From NCBI GenBank assembly GCA_963795805.1, contig CAWCIV010000004.1, forward strand, positions 195,126 to 259,125: a DNA stretch of 64,000 nt. Direction: 5' to 3'. Shown here piece by piece: positions 44,109 to 53,879 of the stretch; the stretch's first letter is position 1; each line of letters begins with the position of its first letter. The position numbers and the translations under genes are program-made. The notes below the pieces were generated by a model. The model worked only from the letters and a program-made list of their open reading frames with translations. It was not told where the DNA came from and ran no database searches. This stretch comes from an uncultured Chloroflexia bacterium. Its GTDB lineage: Bacteria; Chloroflexota; Dormibacteria; CF-121.

Positions 44109-44987
44109 TTATGGTGCGGCGCCGCCGCGCCACCAGACCGTCGCCCGCGGTCGTGGCAGCTCGGCCACGGTGCCGTCGGTCCGCAGCAGGTCGGGTTCGA
44201 CCAAAGCGCGGAGCTCATCCTGGCGATCGTGGTTGAGACAGAGGGCTCGTGCCGTCCAGGCAACCGCCTCCTCGATCGAGGGGAACCAGGTACTTGGTTC
44301 GGCGGCTGTCCAGTCCTCGCGGTGGATCTCGAGCCCGGCCTCCTCGAGGACGTCCACGGCATCGTCCGCGGTCGGGCCGGACGGGCGTGGGAGGCCGTGG
44401 AAATGCATCCATAGATGGTTTAAGTGGGCCCGCGGATGGACGAGTGTCAGCTCGAGGACGACTCTGGCTCGCGTCTTCTCGGTCAACCCGAGGGCAAACC
44501 GCGCCAGGTCCGGCACGTTGTACGCGACGTGATTGCACACGGTTACGTCGACAACAGGGGCGCGCTCGGCCACATCCGGCCAGCGACCTTCGATCGTCGT
44601 GACCTGCACGCCCGCGGCCTCCGCCCGCGTGCGAAACTCCTTCAACGCTTGCGGGTCGGTGTCGACACCCGTGAGCGCCGAGGCTCGATCGGTCAGGGGC
44701 AGCGAGGCGGCGCCGGGACCGCACCCCACGTCGAGGACGCTTCCCCGATCCGGTAGCGCCTCCCTGGCCATTCGCGTCGACGGCGTGTCGAGTCCGCGGG
44801 ATCGATCGGCGCGTCGCTCGAGGATGCCCGGAGGAAACCCCCAGGGCGAGGCGGTCGCCTTCGCCAGGATCTCCGGCGGAATGGCCCAGGCCCCGAGCGC
44901 CTCGGCCCAGCGGGTCGCAGCACGCGGTTCAGGGGATCGGCCGCTTGGTTTCACCGCGACCAGCCTACCGCTCTTCGCGGCCAGCAT
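44109..44987 (-). CDS. Class I SAM-dependent methyltransferase
   Basis: ..SVLDVGCGPGAASLPL.., ..LTGVDTDP... 292 aa. Confidence 0.78.
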   Translation of the reverse strand: MLAAKSGRLVAVKPSGRSPEPRAATRWAEALGAWAIPPEILAKATASPWGFPPGILERRADRSRGLDTPSTRMAREALPDRGSVLDVGCGPGAASLPLTDRASALTGVDTDPQALKEFRTRAEAAGVQVTTIEGRWPDVAERAPVVDVTVCNHVAYNVPDLARFALGLTEKTRARVVLELTLVHPRAHLNHLWMHFHGLPRPSGPTADDAVDVLEEAGLEIHREDWTAAEPSTWFPSIEEAVAWTARALCLNHDRQDELRALVEPDLLRTDGTVAELPRPRATVWWRGGAAP

Positions 44988-45091
44988 GGCCAGGCGGTCC
45001 TTTTGCCTGGGGCGCTACGGGGCGCCCTCCGGTTCGAAGATCTCGCCCACCCGGGCCTTGAACAGGTTGGCAATCCGGAACGCGAGGGGCA

Positions 45092-46042
45092 CTAGTCCGG
45101 TTTGGCCAGGAGGAGGGGGGCGATGCGCCGAAGCTGGTCCGTCGGTGCGACGGCGGGCGTCGGCGTCAGCACGCTGACCGCGACCTGATTGGCGCCAGCG
45201 TCGATGTGGGCGAGGATCTTGTCCGCAATCATCCGATCGTCCCCCCAGGCGACCACGGCGTCGAAGAGCCGGTCACTACCCAATCCGTCGAGGTCGGCGC
45301 CGCTCCAGCCAAGACGCTCGAGGTTCTGCCGGTAGTTTGGCAATGCCAGGTAGGTCCGCATGTAGGTGTCCCCGGTGCGCCGCGCCGTGGCGCGATCCGT
45401 GGCGAAGACGACCGCGTGCTCCGGGGCCAGGACGCGGTCCGGACCGAGGATCTTGCGGGCGCGCGTCGTGTGTTCCACGGGTACGAAGTACGGGTGGGCA
45501 CCGGTGGTCCGCTCTCTGGCGAGTTCGAGCATCTTCGGGCCGAGCGCGGCAAGCACGACTGGCAGGGGCGTGGCCGGCAGTGGCGCGCGGTACGACACCT
45601 GCTCCATCGCATCGAGGTACTCCCGCATCGCGCTGAGCGGCTTGTCGTACTGGTGCCCTCGGGAGTTGACCAGCGTCGCGTGGCTGACGCCGATTCCCAG
45701 AATGAAGCGATCCGGCCAGGCCTCGGCCAGGGTGCGGGCGGCGTTGACCATCGCGGTCGCGTCGCGGGCCCAGATGTTGGCGATGCCGGTGCCAACCTTG
45801 ATGCGCTTGGTGGCGGCGAGAACGATCGCGCTGGCGGCAAAGGGCTCACGGCCGTACGCCTCGCCGATCCAGATCGTGTCGAACCCAATGGCTTCGATCT
45901 CGGCCACCGCCTCGCGCATCGCCGGTGCAGGGAGCAGGGCCATCGAGCCAAGAAAGACCGCGGCTCGGCCGAGTTTTAAGCTAGCGACGACCCGCCGCCC
46001 CCACGTGTTCGTTGATGAAGGACAGCATCTGACGCCAGGCAT
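45092..46042 (-). CDS. Luciferase-like (LLM-class, probably F420-dependent) oxidoreductase. Start uncertain.
   Basis: ..LKLGRAAVFLGS..AVAEIEAIGFDTIWIGEAYGREPF..KVGTGIANIWARD..LGIGVSH. No canonical start lies directly before LKLGR. The candidates are the ATG at 46042 (overlaps the upstream gene) or the ATG at 45943. Confidence 0.72.
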   Translation of the reverse strand: MPGVRCCPSSTNTWGRRVVASLKLGRAAVFLGSMALLPAPAMREAVAEIEAIGFDTIWIGEAYGREPFAASAIVLAATKRIKVGTGIANIWARDATAMVNAARTLAEAWPDRFILGIGVSHATLVNSRGHQYDKPLSAMREYLDAMEQVSYRAPLPATPLPVVLAALGPKMLELARERTTGAHPYFVPVEHTTRARKILGPDRVLAPEHAVVFATDRATARRTGDTYMRTYLALPNYRQNLERLGWSGADLDGLGSDRLFDAVVAWGDDRMIADKILAHIDAGANQVAVSVLTPTPAVAPTDQLRRIAPLLLAKPD

Positions 46043-46748
46043 CCTCTGACGCCTCCCGGTGCTGCTCGAAGCTGCGATCAAAGAATGAATGAGGGGCGCC
46101 CTGGTACACCACCTTCTGGTGCGGGACGCGGGCGTCGGTCAGTTCCTGGTCGAACTTCACGTTTTCTTCCGGCGTGGTCGCCTGGTCGTTACCGGCGATC
46201 AGGAGGAGAAGCGGGGCTTTCATGTGCGGGATCGCGTCGCGAGCCGCGGCAGGCCGGCCGTAGAAACCGATCGCGCCGGCGAGATCCGGTTGGAACGCTG
46301 CTTGGCGCCAGGACATCGCGCCGCCGAAACAGAAGCCGACGGTGAAAACCGACTTGACCGAACCACCGTCGCTGGACTTCAAATACGCGATGGCAGCCGC
46401 AACGTCCGTCCCGACCTGGTCAGGCGCCGTTTGCTGGATGGCCGCCCGGAAATCGAAATTCTCGGGGCGCTCGCCGCCGGGAAAGATCCGACCCAGGTAA
46501 TCGATCACGATCGCATCGATCCCGGTGCCGGCGAATTGCCGGGCGAGGTCCTGATAAAAGGGATGGACGCCTCGCGGGTCCGGGATGACGACGACGCCGG
46601 CCCCGGTGGGCTCCGCCGCACGGACAGCATAGGCCCGGACGCGGTTGCCATCCTGGGCCGTCAGGGTAAGGTCATGATCGTCAGTCGATCCGCCGATGAT
46701 CGGAGGAAGCGGGGGTCGGGCCTGGTTCGAATAACACATGCCGGACAT
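45981..46748 (-). CDS. Dienelactone hydrolase family protein
   Basis: ..GAGVVVIPDPRGVHPFYQDLARQFAGTGIDAIVID.., GFCFGG nucleophile motif, ..APLLLLIAGNDQ.., ..GAPHSF. Confidence 0.85.
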   Translation of the reverse strand: MSGMCYSNQARPPLPPIIGGSTDDHDLTLTAQDGNRVRAYAVRAAEPTGAGVVVIPDPRGVHPFYQDLARQFAGTGIDAIVIDYLGRIFPGGERPENFDFRAAIQQTAPDQVGTDVAAAIAYLKSSDGGSVKSVFTVGFCFGGAMSWRQAAFQPDLAGAIGFYGRPAAARDAIPHMKAPLLLLIAGNDQATTPEENVKFDQELTDARVPHQKVVYQGAPHSFFDRSFEQHREASEDAWRQMLSFINEHVGAAGRR

Positions 46749-46869
46749 TGTCGCGCCTTCGGCCGTGGCGCCGCGGGCCCAGCATCGAAAAGCGCCGCAA
46801 GCCCCTAGTCAACGCCCCGATTCGCCCCTATCATGGTGGCGCCGGGGAACCGGCGAGGGGGCAGGACTG

Positions 46870-48852
46870 ATGTCAATCGCGGTAAAAGCGCCGCCCGTCA
46901 CGACCGGCCGGGAAACGAAGTCCCGGGTCCTGGTGGCGATGGCGGACACGTTCATCGGCGGCATGGGGCACCCGGGGTCGCCTCTTCGGGTCGCGGCCTC
47001 GATGGAGGAGAGTGTCCGCCGACTTCCCTCAAAAGCCGATCGCGACAAGCTCGATCTGATCCTCGCCGTCCTCGCCCGGCGATCCGGGACGTTTCTGCTC
47101 ACCGGCCAGCCGGTGCCCTTTTACCTCTGGTCACGGGAGCAACGCACGCGGCTGATGACGCGCTGGTCGACCAGCCGGCTCACCTTCCGCCGGCAGCTCT
47201 TCCAGATCTTCAAGCGGTTGTCGCTGCTCGCCTTTCTCGGCGAGACCGAGGCCGACGGGAGCAACCCCGTCTGGCCGGAGATCGGCTACCCGGGTCCGGT
47301 CTCGGCTCCCCCGCCGGTCCCGAAGCGAATCCGGACCACGACGCTCGAGGGCGACACGACCCTGACCTGCGATGCCGTGATCGTCGGGTCGGGCGCGGGC
47401 GGCAGCGTGGTGGCGGCGGAACTGGCGGCCGCCGGAAAGGACGTGATCGTCCTCGAGGAAGGTGGCTACTACAACGAAGCCGATTTCGACCAGCTCGAGC
47501 TGTCCATGATGCGAAAGCTCTATTTCCAGGGAGGATTTGCCGCCACCGCCGACGCCGCGATCGCGCTGGTCGCCGGTGGCTGCCTGGGCGGCGGGACGCT
47601 GGTCAACTACGCGACCAGCTTCCGCTCGCCGGACTGGCTGCGTGAGGAATGGTCGACCCGCTACGGGCTTCCGGCGTTTGTCGGCGATGAGTACACCGCC
47701 TCGATGGACGCCGTGACCGAGCGACTCGGGGTCAACCTCGATCATTCGCGCGTCAGCGCCCGTGAGCGCGTGCTGGAACGCGGGCTGACGCGGCTCGGCT
47801 GGCACGTCGGGTACATGCCGCGCAACGTCCAGGGCTGCACCCAGGACGCGCGCTGCGGCTATTGCGGACTTGGCTGCCAGTCGGGCGCCAAGCAATCCAC
47901 GCTCAAGACCTACCTGCAGGACGCCTACGAGCATCGGGCCCGCATCGTGGTCAATTGCAAGGTCGACCGCGTCCTGATCGAGGATGGCCAGGCCGTCGGC
48001 GTGCGGGCGACCGTGAGCCAGGCCGACCAGCCCGCCTGGACCTTGATCGTCCGCAGCCGCGCGGTGGTGGCTGCGGCCGGCGCGATCGGGACGCCCGCCC
48101 TCCTCCAGCGGAGTGGCGTGCGCGGCAGGGCGGTCGGCGCCTACCTTCGGCTGCACCCGGGGACCGCCGTGGCCGGCATCTTCGAGGAGGCGACCCGGCC
48201 CTGGGAAGGGACCATGCAGGCGATCTACTCGGACCAGTTCATCAACAATGACGGACGGCATCACGGCGTCAAGATCGAGTCAGGCCCGATGCATCCCGCC
48301 ATCCTGGCGCTGGCGGCCCCCTGGCGTGATCCCGTGCACTATCGCCGGCTGATGCGCTCCCTGTCGCACATGTCGGTCGCCGCCCCCCTGGTGCGCGATC
48401 ATCATTCCGGCCGGGTCACCGCGACCGATGGCACTGCCCGGGTCGACTATCGGCTCTCACGCGAGGACCTGGTGGATGTGCGGCAGGGGATCGAGGCCAG
48501 CGCCCGAATCATGGAGGCCGCCGGAGCGCTCGAGATCTTTACCAGCCAGGCTGCCTTCGTGTCCTACCGGCCGGGGCAGCACGGCGGGCTCGAGGGCTTC
48601 ATGGACGAGGTCGACCGCAGGGGCTACGGCGTTGGACAGATGGGCTACCTCAGCTTTCACCAGATGGGCTCCTGCCGGATGGGAAACGATCCGGAGACGT
48701 CCGTCATCAAGCCCGACCATGAGACGCATGCCATCAAGGGCCTCTTCGTGGCCGATGGCAGCGCCTTCCCAAGCGCCTCGGGCGTCAACCCGATGATCAC
48801 GATCATGTCGATGGCGCACCGTGCCTCCCAATTCATCGCCGCCCGCTGCTAA
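46870..48852 (+). CDS. GMC-family FAD oxidoreductase (long-chain alcohol oxidase-like)
   Basis: ..CDAVIVGSGAGGSVVAAELAAAGKDVIVLEEG (FAD GxGxxG) and C-terminal ..HQMGSCRMG...GLFVADGSAFPSASGVNPMITIM. Start taken at the ATG at 46870. Confidence 0.82.
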   Translation: MSIAVKAPPVTTGRETKSRVLVAMADTFIGGMGHPGSPLRVAASMEESVRRLPSKADRDKLDLILAVLARRSGTFLLTGQPVPFYLWSREQRTRLMTRWSTSRLTFRRQLFQIFKRLSLLAFLGETEADGSNPVWPEIGYPGPVSAPPPVPKRIRTTTLEGDTTLTCDAVIVGSGAGGSVVAAELAAAGKDVIVLEEGGYYNEADFDQLELSMMRKLYFQGGFAATADAAIALVAGGCLGGGTLVNYATSFRSPDWLREEWSTRYGLPAFVGDEYTASMDAVTERLGVNLDHSRVSARERVLERGLTRLGWHVGYMPRNVQGCTQDARCGYCGLGCQSGAKQSTLKTYLQDAYEHRARIVVNCKVDRVLIEDGQAVGVRATVSQADQPAWTLIVRSRAVVAAAGAIGTPALLQRSGVRGRAVGAYLRLHPGTAVAGIFEEATRPWEGTMQAIYSDQFINNDGRHHGVKIESGPMHPAILALAAPWRDPVHYRRLMRSLSHMSVAAPLVRDHHSGRVTATDGTARVDYRLSREDLVDVRQGIEASARIMEAAGALEIFTSQAAFVSYRPGQHGGLEGFMDEVDRRGYGVGQMGYLSFHQMGSCRMGNDPETSVIKPDHETHAIKGLFVADGSAFPSASGVNPMITIMSMAHRASQFIAARC

Positions 48853-48902
48853 AGACCGTTCGATCCGGCAATTCGGGGCGCTGATTTTTTAGACTGCCAA
48901 GG

Positions 48903-50564
48903 ATGTCATCGCAACCGGCGTACGTGACCAAGCACAACCCGTGGCTTGTGCTGCTGGTCCTCTGTCTCGGCTTCTTCATGATCCTGCTCGATCTCACGAT
49001 CGTGAATATCGGGATCCCGAGCATCATCGACGGGCTCCACGCCAGCCTGGACAGCATCCTCTGGGTCCTCAACGCGTACATCCTCGCCTACGCGGTGCTC
49101 CTGATCACGGCCGGCCGTCTCGGCGACATGTTCGGCGCCAAGCGGCTCTTCCTGATCGGGCTGGCGGTCTTCACCCTGGCGTCGATCGCCTGCAGCCTGG
49201 CCCAGAGCTCCGGGCTGCTGATCGCGGCGCGCATCGTGCAGGGCATCGGCGGGGCGATCCTCACGCCACAGACGCTGAGCATGATCACCAACATCTTTCC
49301 CGCGGAGAAGCGCGGCGCCGCCTTCGGGGTCTGGGGCGCGGTCGCCGGCGTTGCTTCGCTGACCGGTCCGACGCTGGGCGGGTTCCTCGTTACCAACTAC
49401 GACTGGCGCGCAATCTTCTGGATCAACGTCCCGGTCGGCATCGTCACCTTCGCGCTCGGCATCTGGCTGCTGCCCGCGGTGAAGTTCGGGCGGGCTCACA
49501 GCCTCGACCCGGTCGGAGTCCTGCTCGCCACCGGCGGGCTCGCCGCCCTCGTCTTCGGCCTGATCGAAGGGCAGCGGTACCAGTGGGGACCGTTCACGGA
49601 CACGCTCGCGTTCGATGCGCTCGGTGGCCACTTCGGCCTGATCAGCATCCCCGCGCTCTTCGTGCTCAGCGCCATCCTGCTCGCCATCTTCCTGATCTGG
49701 GAACGCGGCCAGCCCGAGCCGCTGGTCCCGTTCTCGCTCTTCAAGGAACGGAACTTCGCAATCGGCAATGCGCTCTCGGCGATCGTGTCCTTCGGGATGC
49801 TGGGACTCTTTTTGCCGCTCACGATCTTTCTCCAGTCGGTGCTCGGGTTCAGCGCCCTCAAAGCGGGGCTCACCTTCGCCCCGATGTCGCTGGTGTCGAT
49901 GGTGGTCGCGCCGATTTCCGGTCGTCTCACGGACCGCTACGGCGGCAAGTACATCCTGATGCTCGGGTTGACCCTGTTCGGCATCGGGATGGGACTGGTG
50001 ATCGCCCTCTCCTCGCTCTCGTCGGATCAGTTCAGCTACGTCCTACCGCTGATGGTGGCCGGCGTCGGTCTGGGCTGCACCTTCGCGCCGATGACGACGG
50101 TGACGATGCGGCGGGTAGACCCGCGACTTGCCGGCGCCGCCTCTGGCATCCTGAACACCATCCGCCAGCTCGGCGGGGCATTCGGCAGCGCCATCGTCGG
50201 CGCCATCCTTCAAAACCGGCTGGCGTCGGAGCTGGTCACCCAGGCGCAGGCACAGTCGGGGAACGTCCCCGCCGCCTTCCGGTCCGCCTTCGTCCAGGGC
50301 TTCGCGAACGCGGGCAACGGTGCGCTGCAAGTCGGCCGTGGCCAATCCGGTGTGGCTCTCCCCCCGAACATCCCCCCGCAGGCCGCTGCGAAGATCGGCC
50401 AGGTCGCCCACGATGTCTTTGCCACGGCCTATCTCAATGCCATGCGACCGGCGCTGGCCGTTCCGATCGTGGTGTTGCTGGGGGGCGCCGTGCTGACGAC
50501 GATGATCGTCCGACGGAAGAATTTCTCGCAGTCCGTCAGGCAACCAGCCGCGGTCAGCGGCTAA
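48903..50564 (+). CDS. MFS transporter, DHA2/EmrB-like (14-TMS type)
   Basis: ..LDLTIVNIGIPSI..., GRLGDMFGAKR (motif A-like), many TM segments. 553 aa. Confidence 0.85.
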   Translation: MSSQPAYVTKHNPWLVLLVLCLGFFMILLDLTIVNIGIPSIIDGLHASLDSILWVLNAYILAYAVLLITAGRLGDMFGAKRLFLIGLAVFTLASIACSLAQSSGLLIAARIVQGIGGAILTPQTLSMITNIFPAEKRGAAFGVWGAVAGVASLTGPTLGGFLVTNYDWRAIFWINVPVGIVTFALGIWLLPAVKFGRAHSLDPVGVLLATGGLAALVFGLIEGQRYQWGPFTDTLAFDALGGHFGLISIPALFVLSAILLAIFLIWERGQPEPLVPFSLFKERNFAIGNALSAIVSFGMLGLFLPLTIFLQSVLGFSALKAGLTFAPMSLVSMVVAPISGRLTDRYGGKYILMLGLTLFGIGMGLVIALSSLSSDQFSYVLPLMVAGVGLGCTFAPMTTVTMRRVDPRLAGAASGILNTIRQLGGAFGSAIVGAILQNRLASELVTQAQAQSGNVPAAFRSAFVQGFANAGNGALQVGRGQSGVALPPNIPPQAAAKIGQVAHDVFATAYLNAMRPALAVPIVVLLGGAVLTTMIVRRKNFSQSVRQPAAVSG

Positions 50565-50605
50565 GCTCGTCGCCCGGGCGACCGGACGTCCATATACTGA
50601 AATTC

Positions 50606-51253
50606 GTGGCCCAGTGGTTACCGCTTTTTCCGCTCAATGTGGTGCTCTTTCCGCACATGCCGCTGCCGCTGCACATCTTCGAGCCGCGCTATCGCCAGAT
50701 GATCGCGGAGTGCCTCGAGGAAGGTCACAGCTTCGGCGTTGTGGCGATTCGCGACGGCGGTGAGACGGGGCCGGCGACCCCGCACGACATCGGGACGCTC
50801 GCGAAGATCATCAAGATCGAGCGGCTCGATGACGGTCGCATGAACCTCCTCGTCAGCGGCGCCTCACGCTTCGAGATCGTGAAGACCGCCACCGACCGCC
50901 CCTACCTGCGTGGGCAGGTCCAGATCATTCCCGAGCTTGGCGACGACATCGAAGCCACCGCCCGCCTGACGGAAGCGACGGCGCTGGCGTTCCGGCGCTA
51001 CTCGAACCTGGTGCGCGCCCTGGCGGGCCAGGCGCCGCAGGAGCCCGAGCCGCCGATGGAGCCCGAGCTGCTCTCGTACCTGATCGCGGCCGCCTTGAAT
51101 CTGCAGCTGGGGGACAAGCAGGCACTCCTGGCTGAGCGACGGACGGATGAGCGGCTTCGGCTCGAGCTCCGCATCCTTCGCAAGGAGATCACCCTGGTCA
51201 AGGAGCTGCTCACGCATGCCTCGTCCGCCACGGAGCGCGCCGCGCTGAACTGA
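50606..51253 (+). CDS. LON substrate-binding (N-terminal) domain protein
   Basis: GTG at 50606. LPLFPLNVVLFPHMPLPLHIFEPRYRQMI..GFGVV.. It is the last part of a 770-aa track ORF whose upstream part is an alternative frame of the MFS gene. Confidence 0.8.
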   Translation: MAQWLPLFPLNVVLFPHMPLPLHIFEPRYRQMIAECLEEGHSFGVVAIRDGGETGPATPHDIGTLAKIIKIERLDDGRMNLLVSGASRFEIVKTATDRPYLRGQVQIIPELGDDIEATARLTEATALAFRRYSNLVRALAGQAPQEPEPPMEPELLSYLIAAALNLQLGDKQALLAERRTDERLRLELRILRKEITLVKELLTHASSATERAALN

Positions 51254-51262
51254 CCCGCCGCC

Positions 51263-52582
51263 CTACGACGTGTGGAGGTCGACGACGAGCCGGTTGGAAT
51301 AGGCGCCGGCTGCCGGCAGCGTGAAGGCGGTGACGCGGACCGGCCGGGCCAGGTCGACCGTGATCACGAGGTCAGCGCCCTGCTCCACCCCTGGTTCGAC
51401 CGCCGCCACCTGGAAGCTTCGTATTCCCTTGACCGGAACCGCGGCCCCCGTGGTGCCGCTGAAGGTGATGGCGACGTGTGACGCGTCGGGCTGGGTGATC
51501 ACCATGGCGGGAAGGCCGCGGCCTCGGATGTCGAAGACGAGCCGGGTGTAGCCGGCGACGGCGGTGCCGGGTCGGATCCGGTAGACCGTCCCGCCGGTGG
51601 CGCTGTCACCAAGCCGGAAAAGAACGGGCGCAGGTGGTGCGGTTGGCGCCGCGCTCGCCGACGCCGGCGGCACACTGCTGGTCGTTGGCTGCACGCGAAC
51701 GGTGGCCGCGGCCGGCGGGGCGACGGCTCCGGTTTTGCGCGCGCCGCGGGAGAGGAGGCCTCCGTCGTAGAGGAAGGCCGCCAGGAGGACGCACGCGGCC
51801 GCACCGAGGCCGACCGCCACGCGCATGACGGTGTCCGAGCGGCCGCTCGCGGGCGCGTGGGAGGACTCCGAGGTCGCGGCCGCCAATGGCGGCGACGGCC
51901 ATGGCTCCGGCGCCACCTCTTCCGGGGGAGACTCCACCGGAGCCTGCCGAGAATCCACGCTCACCTCGTGGAGGTCGGCACCCAGGATTCCGGGTAGCGC
52001 GGGGGCGATGGGAGCGGGCTCCGGGGCATCAATCGGCTCGATGGTCGCGTGCGGCTCGGTGACCGCCTCCGGCTCGGTGACTGCTTCCGGCTCGGTGACC
52101 GCCCCTGCCTCGGCCGGGGGCATCACCGTTGATGCGGCCGCTGACGCAGCCGGGGGCATCGCCGTCGGATGATCCTGGGCCGGCTCATCGCGAAAGATTT
52201 CGCGCTCGAGATCGCTCATCAGGTCTCGCACGTTCGTGACCTCCGGGCGCACGGGTTGCGGGGGCAGATCGAGGATCGGCTCCGCCGCGGTATCGATGGG
52301 CACGGGAAACGCATCGAAGGCACGGCCCGCAGCGGCAGCGGCTCGCACGCGATCGGGGATCGCCCGGGCGAATGCCTCGTCCATGGCGACGGCGCCGATC
52401 TGCGCGCTCGGGAGTCGGCCGACCCGCATCATCATCTCTCGGAAGTCTTCGACTCGCTCCCGGCACGACTCGCAGCGGCGCAGATGATCGCGCGCCCACT
52501 CCAGGTCCTTGCCATGTAACCGGTCGTCGAGCACCGCGCTCGGCGAGATCCGGGTACAGCGCTCAGAACTTGATGTACTCAT
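51263..52582 (-). CDS. Anti-sigma factor (zf-HC2) with Pro/Ala/Glu-rich linker, one TM segment and AMIN-like C-terminal domain
   Basis: ..HLRRCESCRERVEDF (zf-HC2), TM VAVGLGAAACVLLAAFL, C-terminal ..YTRLVFDIRGRGLP..LVITVDL..RLVVDL. 20-nt overlap with the sigma gene. Confidence 0.75.
   Translation of the reverse strand: MSTSSSERCTRISPSAVLDDRLHGKDLEWARDHLRRCESCRERVEDFREMMMRVGRLPSAQIGAVAMDEAFARAIPDRVRAAAAAGRAFDAFPVPIDTAAEPILDLPPQPVRPEVTNVRDLMSDLEREIFRDEPAQDHPTAMPPAASAAASTVMPPAEAGAVTEPEAVTEPEAVTEPHATIEPIDAPEPAPIAPALPGILGADLHEVSVDSRQAPVESPPEEVAPEPWPSPPLAAATSESSHAPASGRSDTVMRVAVGLGAAACVLLAAFLYDGGLLSRGARKTGAVAPPAAATVRVQPTTSSVPPASASAAPTAPPAPVLFRLGDSATGGTVYRIRPGTAVAGYTRLVFDIRGRGLPAMVITQPDASHVAITFSGTTGAAVPVKGIRSFQVAAVEPGVEQGADLVITVDLARPVRVTAFTLPAAGAYSNRLVVDLHTS
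52053..52106. repeat. 3 x 18-nt tandem repeat inside the anti-sigma gene
   Basis: ggctcggtgaccgcctcc / ggctcggtgactgcttcc / ggctcggtgaccgcccct, encoding (A)VTEPE hexapeptide repeats on the minus strand. Confidence 0.9.
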
Positions 52583-53090
52583 AGATCTCTTTCAGCTCGG
52601 CGCGGCTGCGGTCGACCGCGTGCACGAGCTTCCGTGGCGCGATATCGACGACCTCCGCGAGCTCGTCGTAGGGCAGTCGGACGTAGTCGCGCAGGAGGAT
52701 GATTGCCCGCGCCTCAAAGGGCAAGGCGGTCAGCGCCCGCTGCATCGTGTCCCGGCGAAGGGCGCGGCGCGCTTCCGGTTGCGGAAAATCGGCGAGGACC
52801 ATGACATCGCGGCGGCGCCGGCGAAACCACCGTTGGGGCCGTAGCGCCTTCTGGCTGAGCTCGGTGGCCGTGCGAAACACCAGGGTTCGAGATAGTCCCT
52901 CGACGACCGCGCCACCCTTGACCTGCGCCGCCTGCCGGTAGGCCTCACAGGCGATCCCGGTCGCCTCATCCAGATCATCGATCAAGCGGGCGACGTAGTT
53001 GACGAGCAGGGGGAATTCCGAATAGAAGTCACGCTCAACGGACCCGGTCCGCGCGTGCATGCTGGGAGCCTCGACGTGTACTTGATCCAT
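52563..53090 (-). CDS. ECF-type sigma-70 family factor
   Basis: ..ALTALPFEARAIILLRDYVRLPYDELAEVVDIAPRKLVHAVDRSRAELK (region 4). A divergent region 2 lies upstream. 175 aa. Confidence 0.72.
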   Translation of the reverse strand: MDQVHVEAPSMHARTGSVERDFYSEFPLLVNYVARLIDDLDEATGIACEAYRQAAQVKGGAVVEGLSRTLVFRTATELSQKALRPQRWFRRRRRDVMVLADFPQPEARRALRRDTMQRALTALPFEARAIILLRDYVRLPYDELAEVVDIAPRKLVHAVDRSRAELKEIYEYIKF

Positions 53091-53141
53091 TAGTGAGACG
53101 TGGGGCGGATGCCTGCAGTCTAGTCACGCGGCCTGTTCCCG

Positions 53142-53879
53142 TCAACCTGGCGTTCCCCTCGACCGGACGAGTTCGAGCAGGCTTCCCTCGCGGTAGACGG
53201 CGGCGACCGCGGCCTGATCCCGGCCAAACAGCGCGGCGGGCAGGCCGATATCGGCCAGGAATACCCGGCCGGAGGAATGGGTCGCGGCCAGCGCTGGTTT
53301 TGGCAGCCCAAGCGTCACGGTCGACTCCGCCTGAACCGCGGTGGCATCGCCAGCGCCGGTCTCGGAGTCGAGGCCGGAGGGCAGATCGATCGCGACGACC
53401 GGCGCCTCAGCGCGATTGATCGAGCTGACCAGGGCGGAAGCCGGCCCGCGAAGGGGAAGCCGGACCCCGGTCCCCAGCAGCCCATCGACGACCAGGTCGG
53501 CGGAAAGATCGAGCGAGCCCGTTGTGGAATGGCATTCGATGCCCAGGGCGCGGAGTGTTCGGCCGTGCGCCGCCGCCAGGCTCGCCGGATCACGTGCCTC
53601 GACGATCCAGGCGATCACCTCGGCGCCCAGGTGCGCGAGAAAACGCGCCGCCACGAGCGCATCCCCTCCGTTGTTCCCCGCGCCAGCCACCACGGCGATC
53701 CGCCGGCCTGCGACTCCGCCGCCGCGGGCAGCCAAAAAGCGCGCCACCTGGAAGCCGGCCACTTCCATCAACTGGCGCGGCTCGATCCCGAATCGCCGCT
53801 GTGCCTCCGCGTCGACCCGACGCATGAGGGTGGCCGACGCGACGGGCACGCCGGAAAAGTCGATCGCCGGCCAGGTCAC
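53142..53879 (-). CDS. NAD(P)H-hydrate epimerase (YjeF N-terminal domain only)
   Basis: ..VVAGAGNNGGDALVAARFL.., ..DGLLGTG.., ..VAIDLPSGL. Confidence 0.82.
   Translation of the reverse strand: MTWPAIDFSGVPVASATLMRRVDAEAQRRFGIEPRQLMEVAGFQVARFLAARGGGVAGRRIAVVAGAGNNGGDALVAARFLAHLGAEVIAWIVEARDPASLAAAHGRTLRALGIECHSTTGSLDLSADLVVDGLLGTGVRLPLRGPASALVSSINRAEAPVVAIDLPSGLDSETGAGDATAVQAESTVTLGLPKPALAATHSSGRVFLADIGLPAALFGRDQAAVAAVYREGSLLELVRSRGTPG

Noticed and set aside
44988-45094. 26-codon ORF (GTG overlapping the LLM stop; ..FRIANLFKARVGEIFEPEGAP*) in frame with the downstream methyltransferase and separated from it by a TAG
   Set aside because: This could be another nonsense-split gene. However, the methyltransferase is already full length from its ATG, the upstream peptide has no family signature, and same-frame coincidence has a one-in-three chance.
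48941-50600. The first ~550 codons of the 770-aa track ORF 48941..51253
   Set aside because: This is an alternative frame of the MFS transporter gene (a Arg/Pro/Gly-rich pseudo-protein). Only the last part, from the GTG at 50606 (the LON N-domain protein), is credible.
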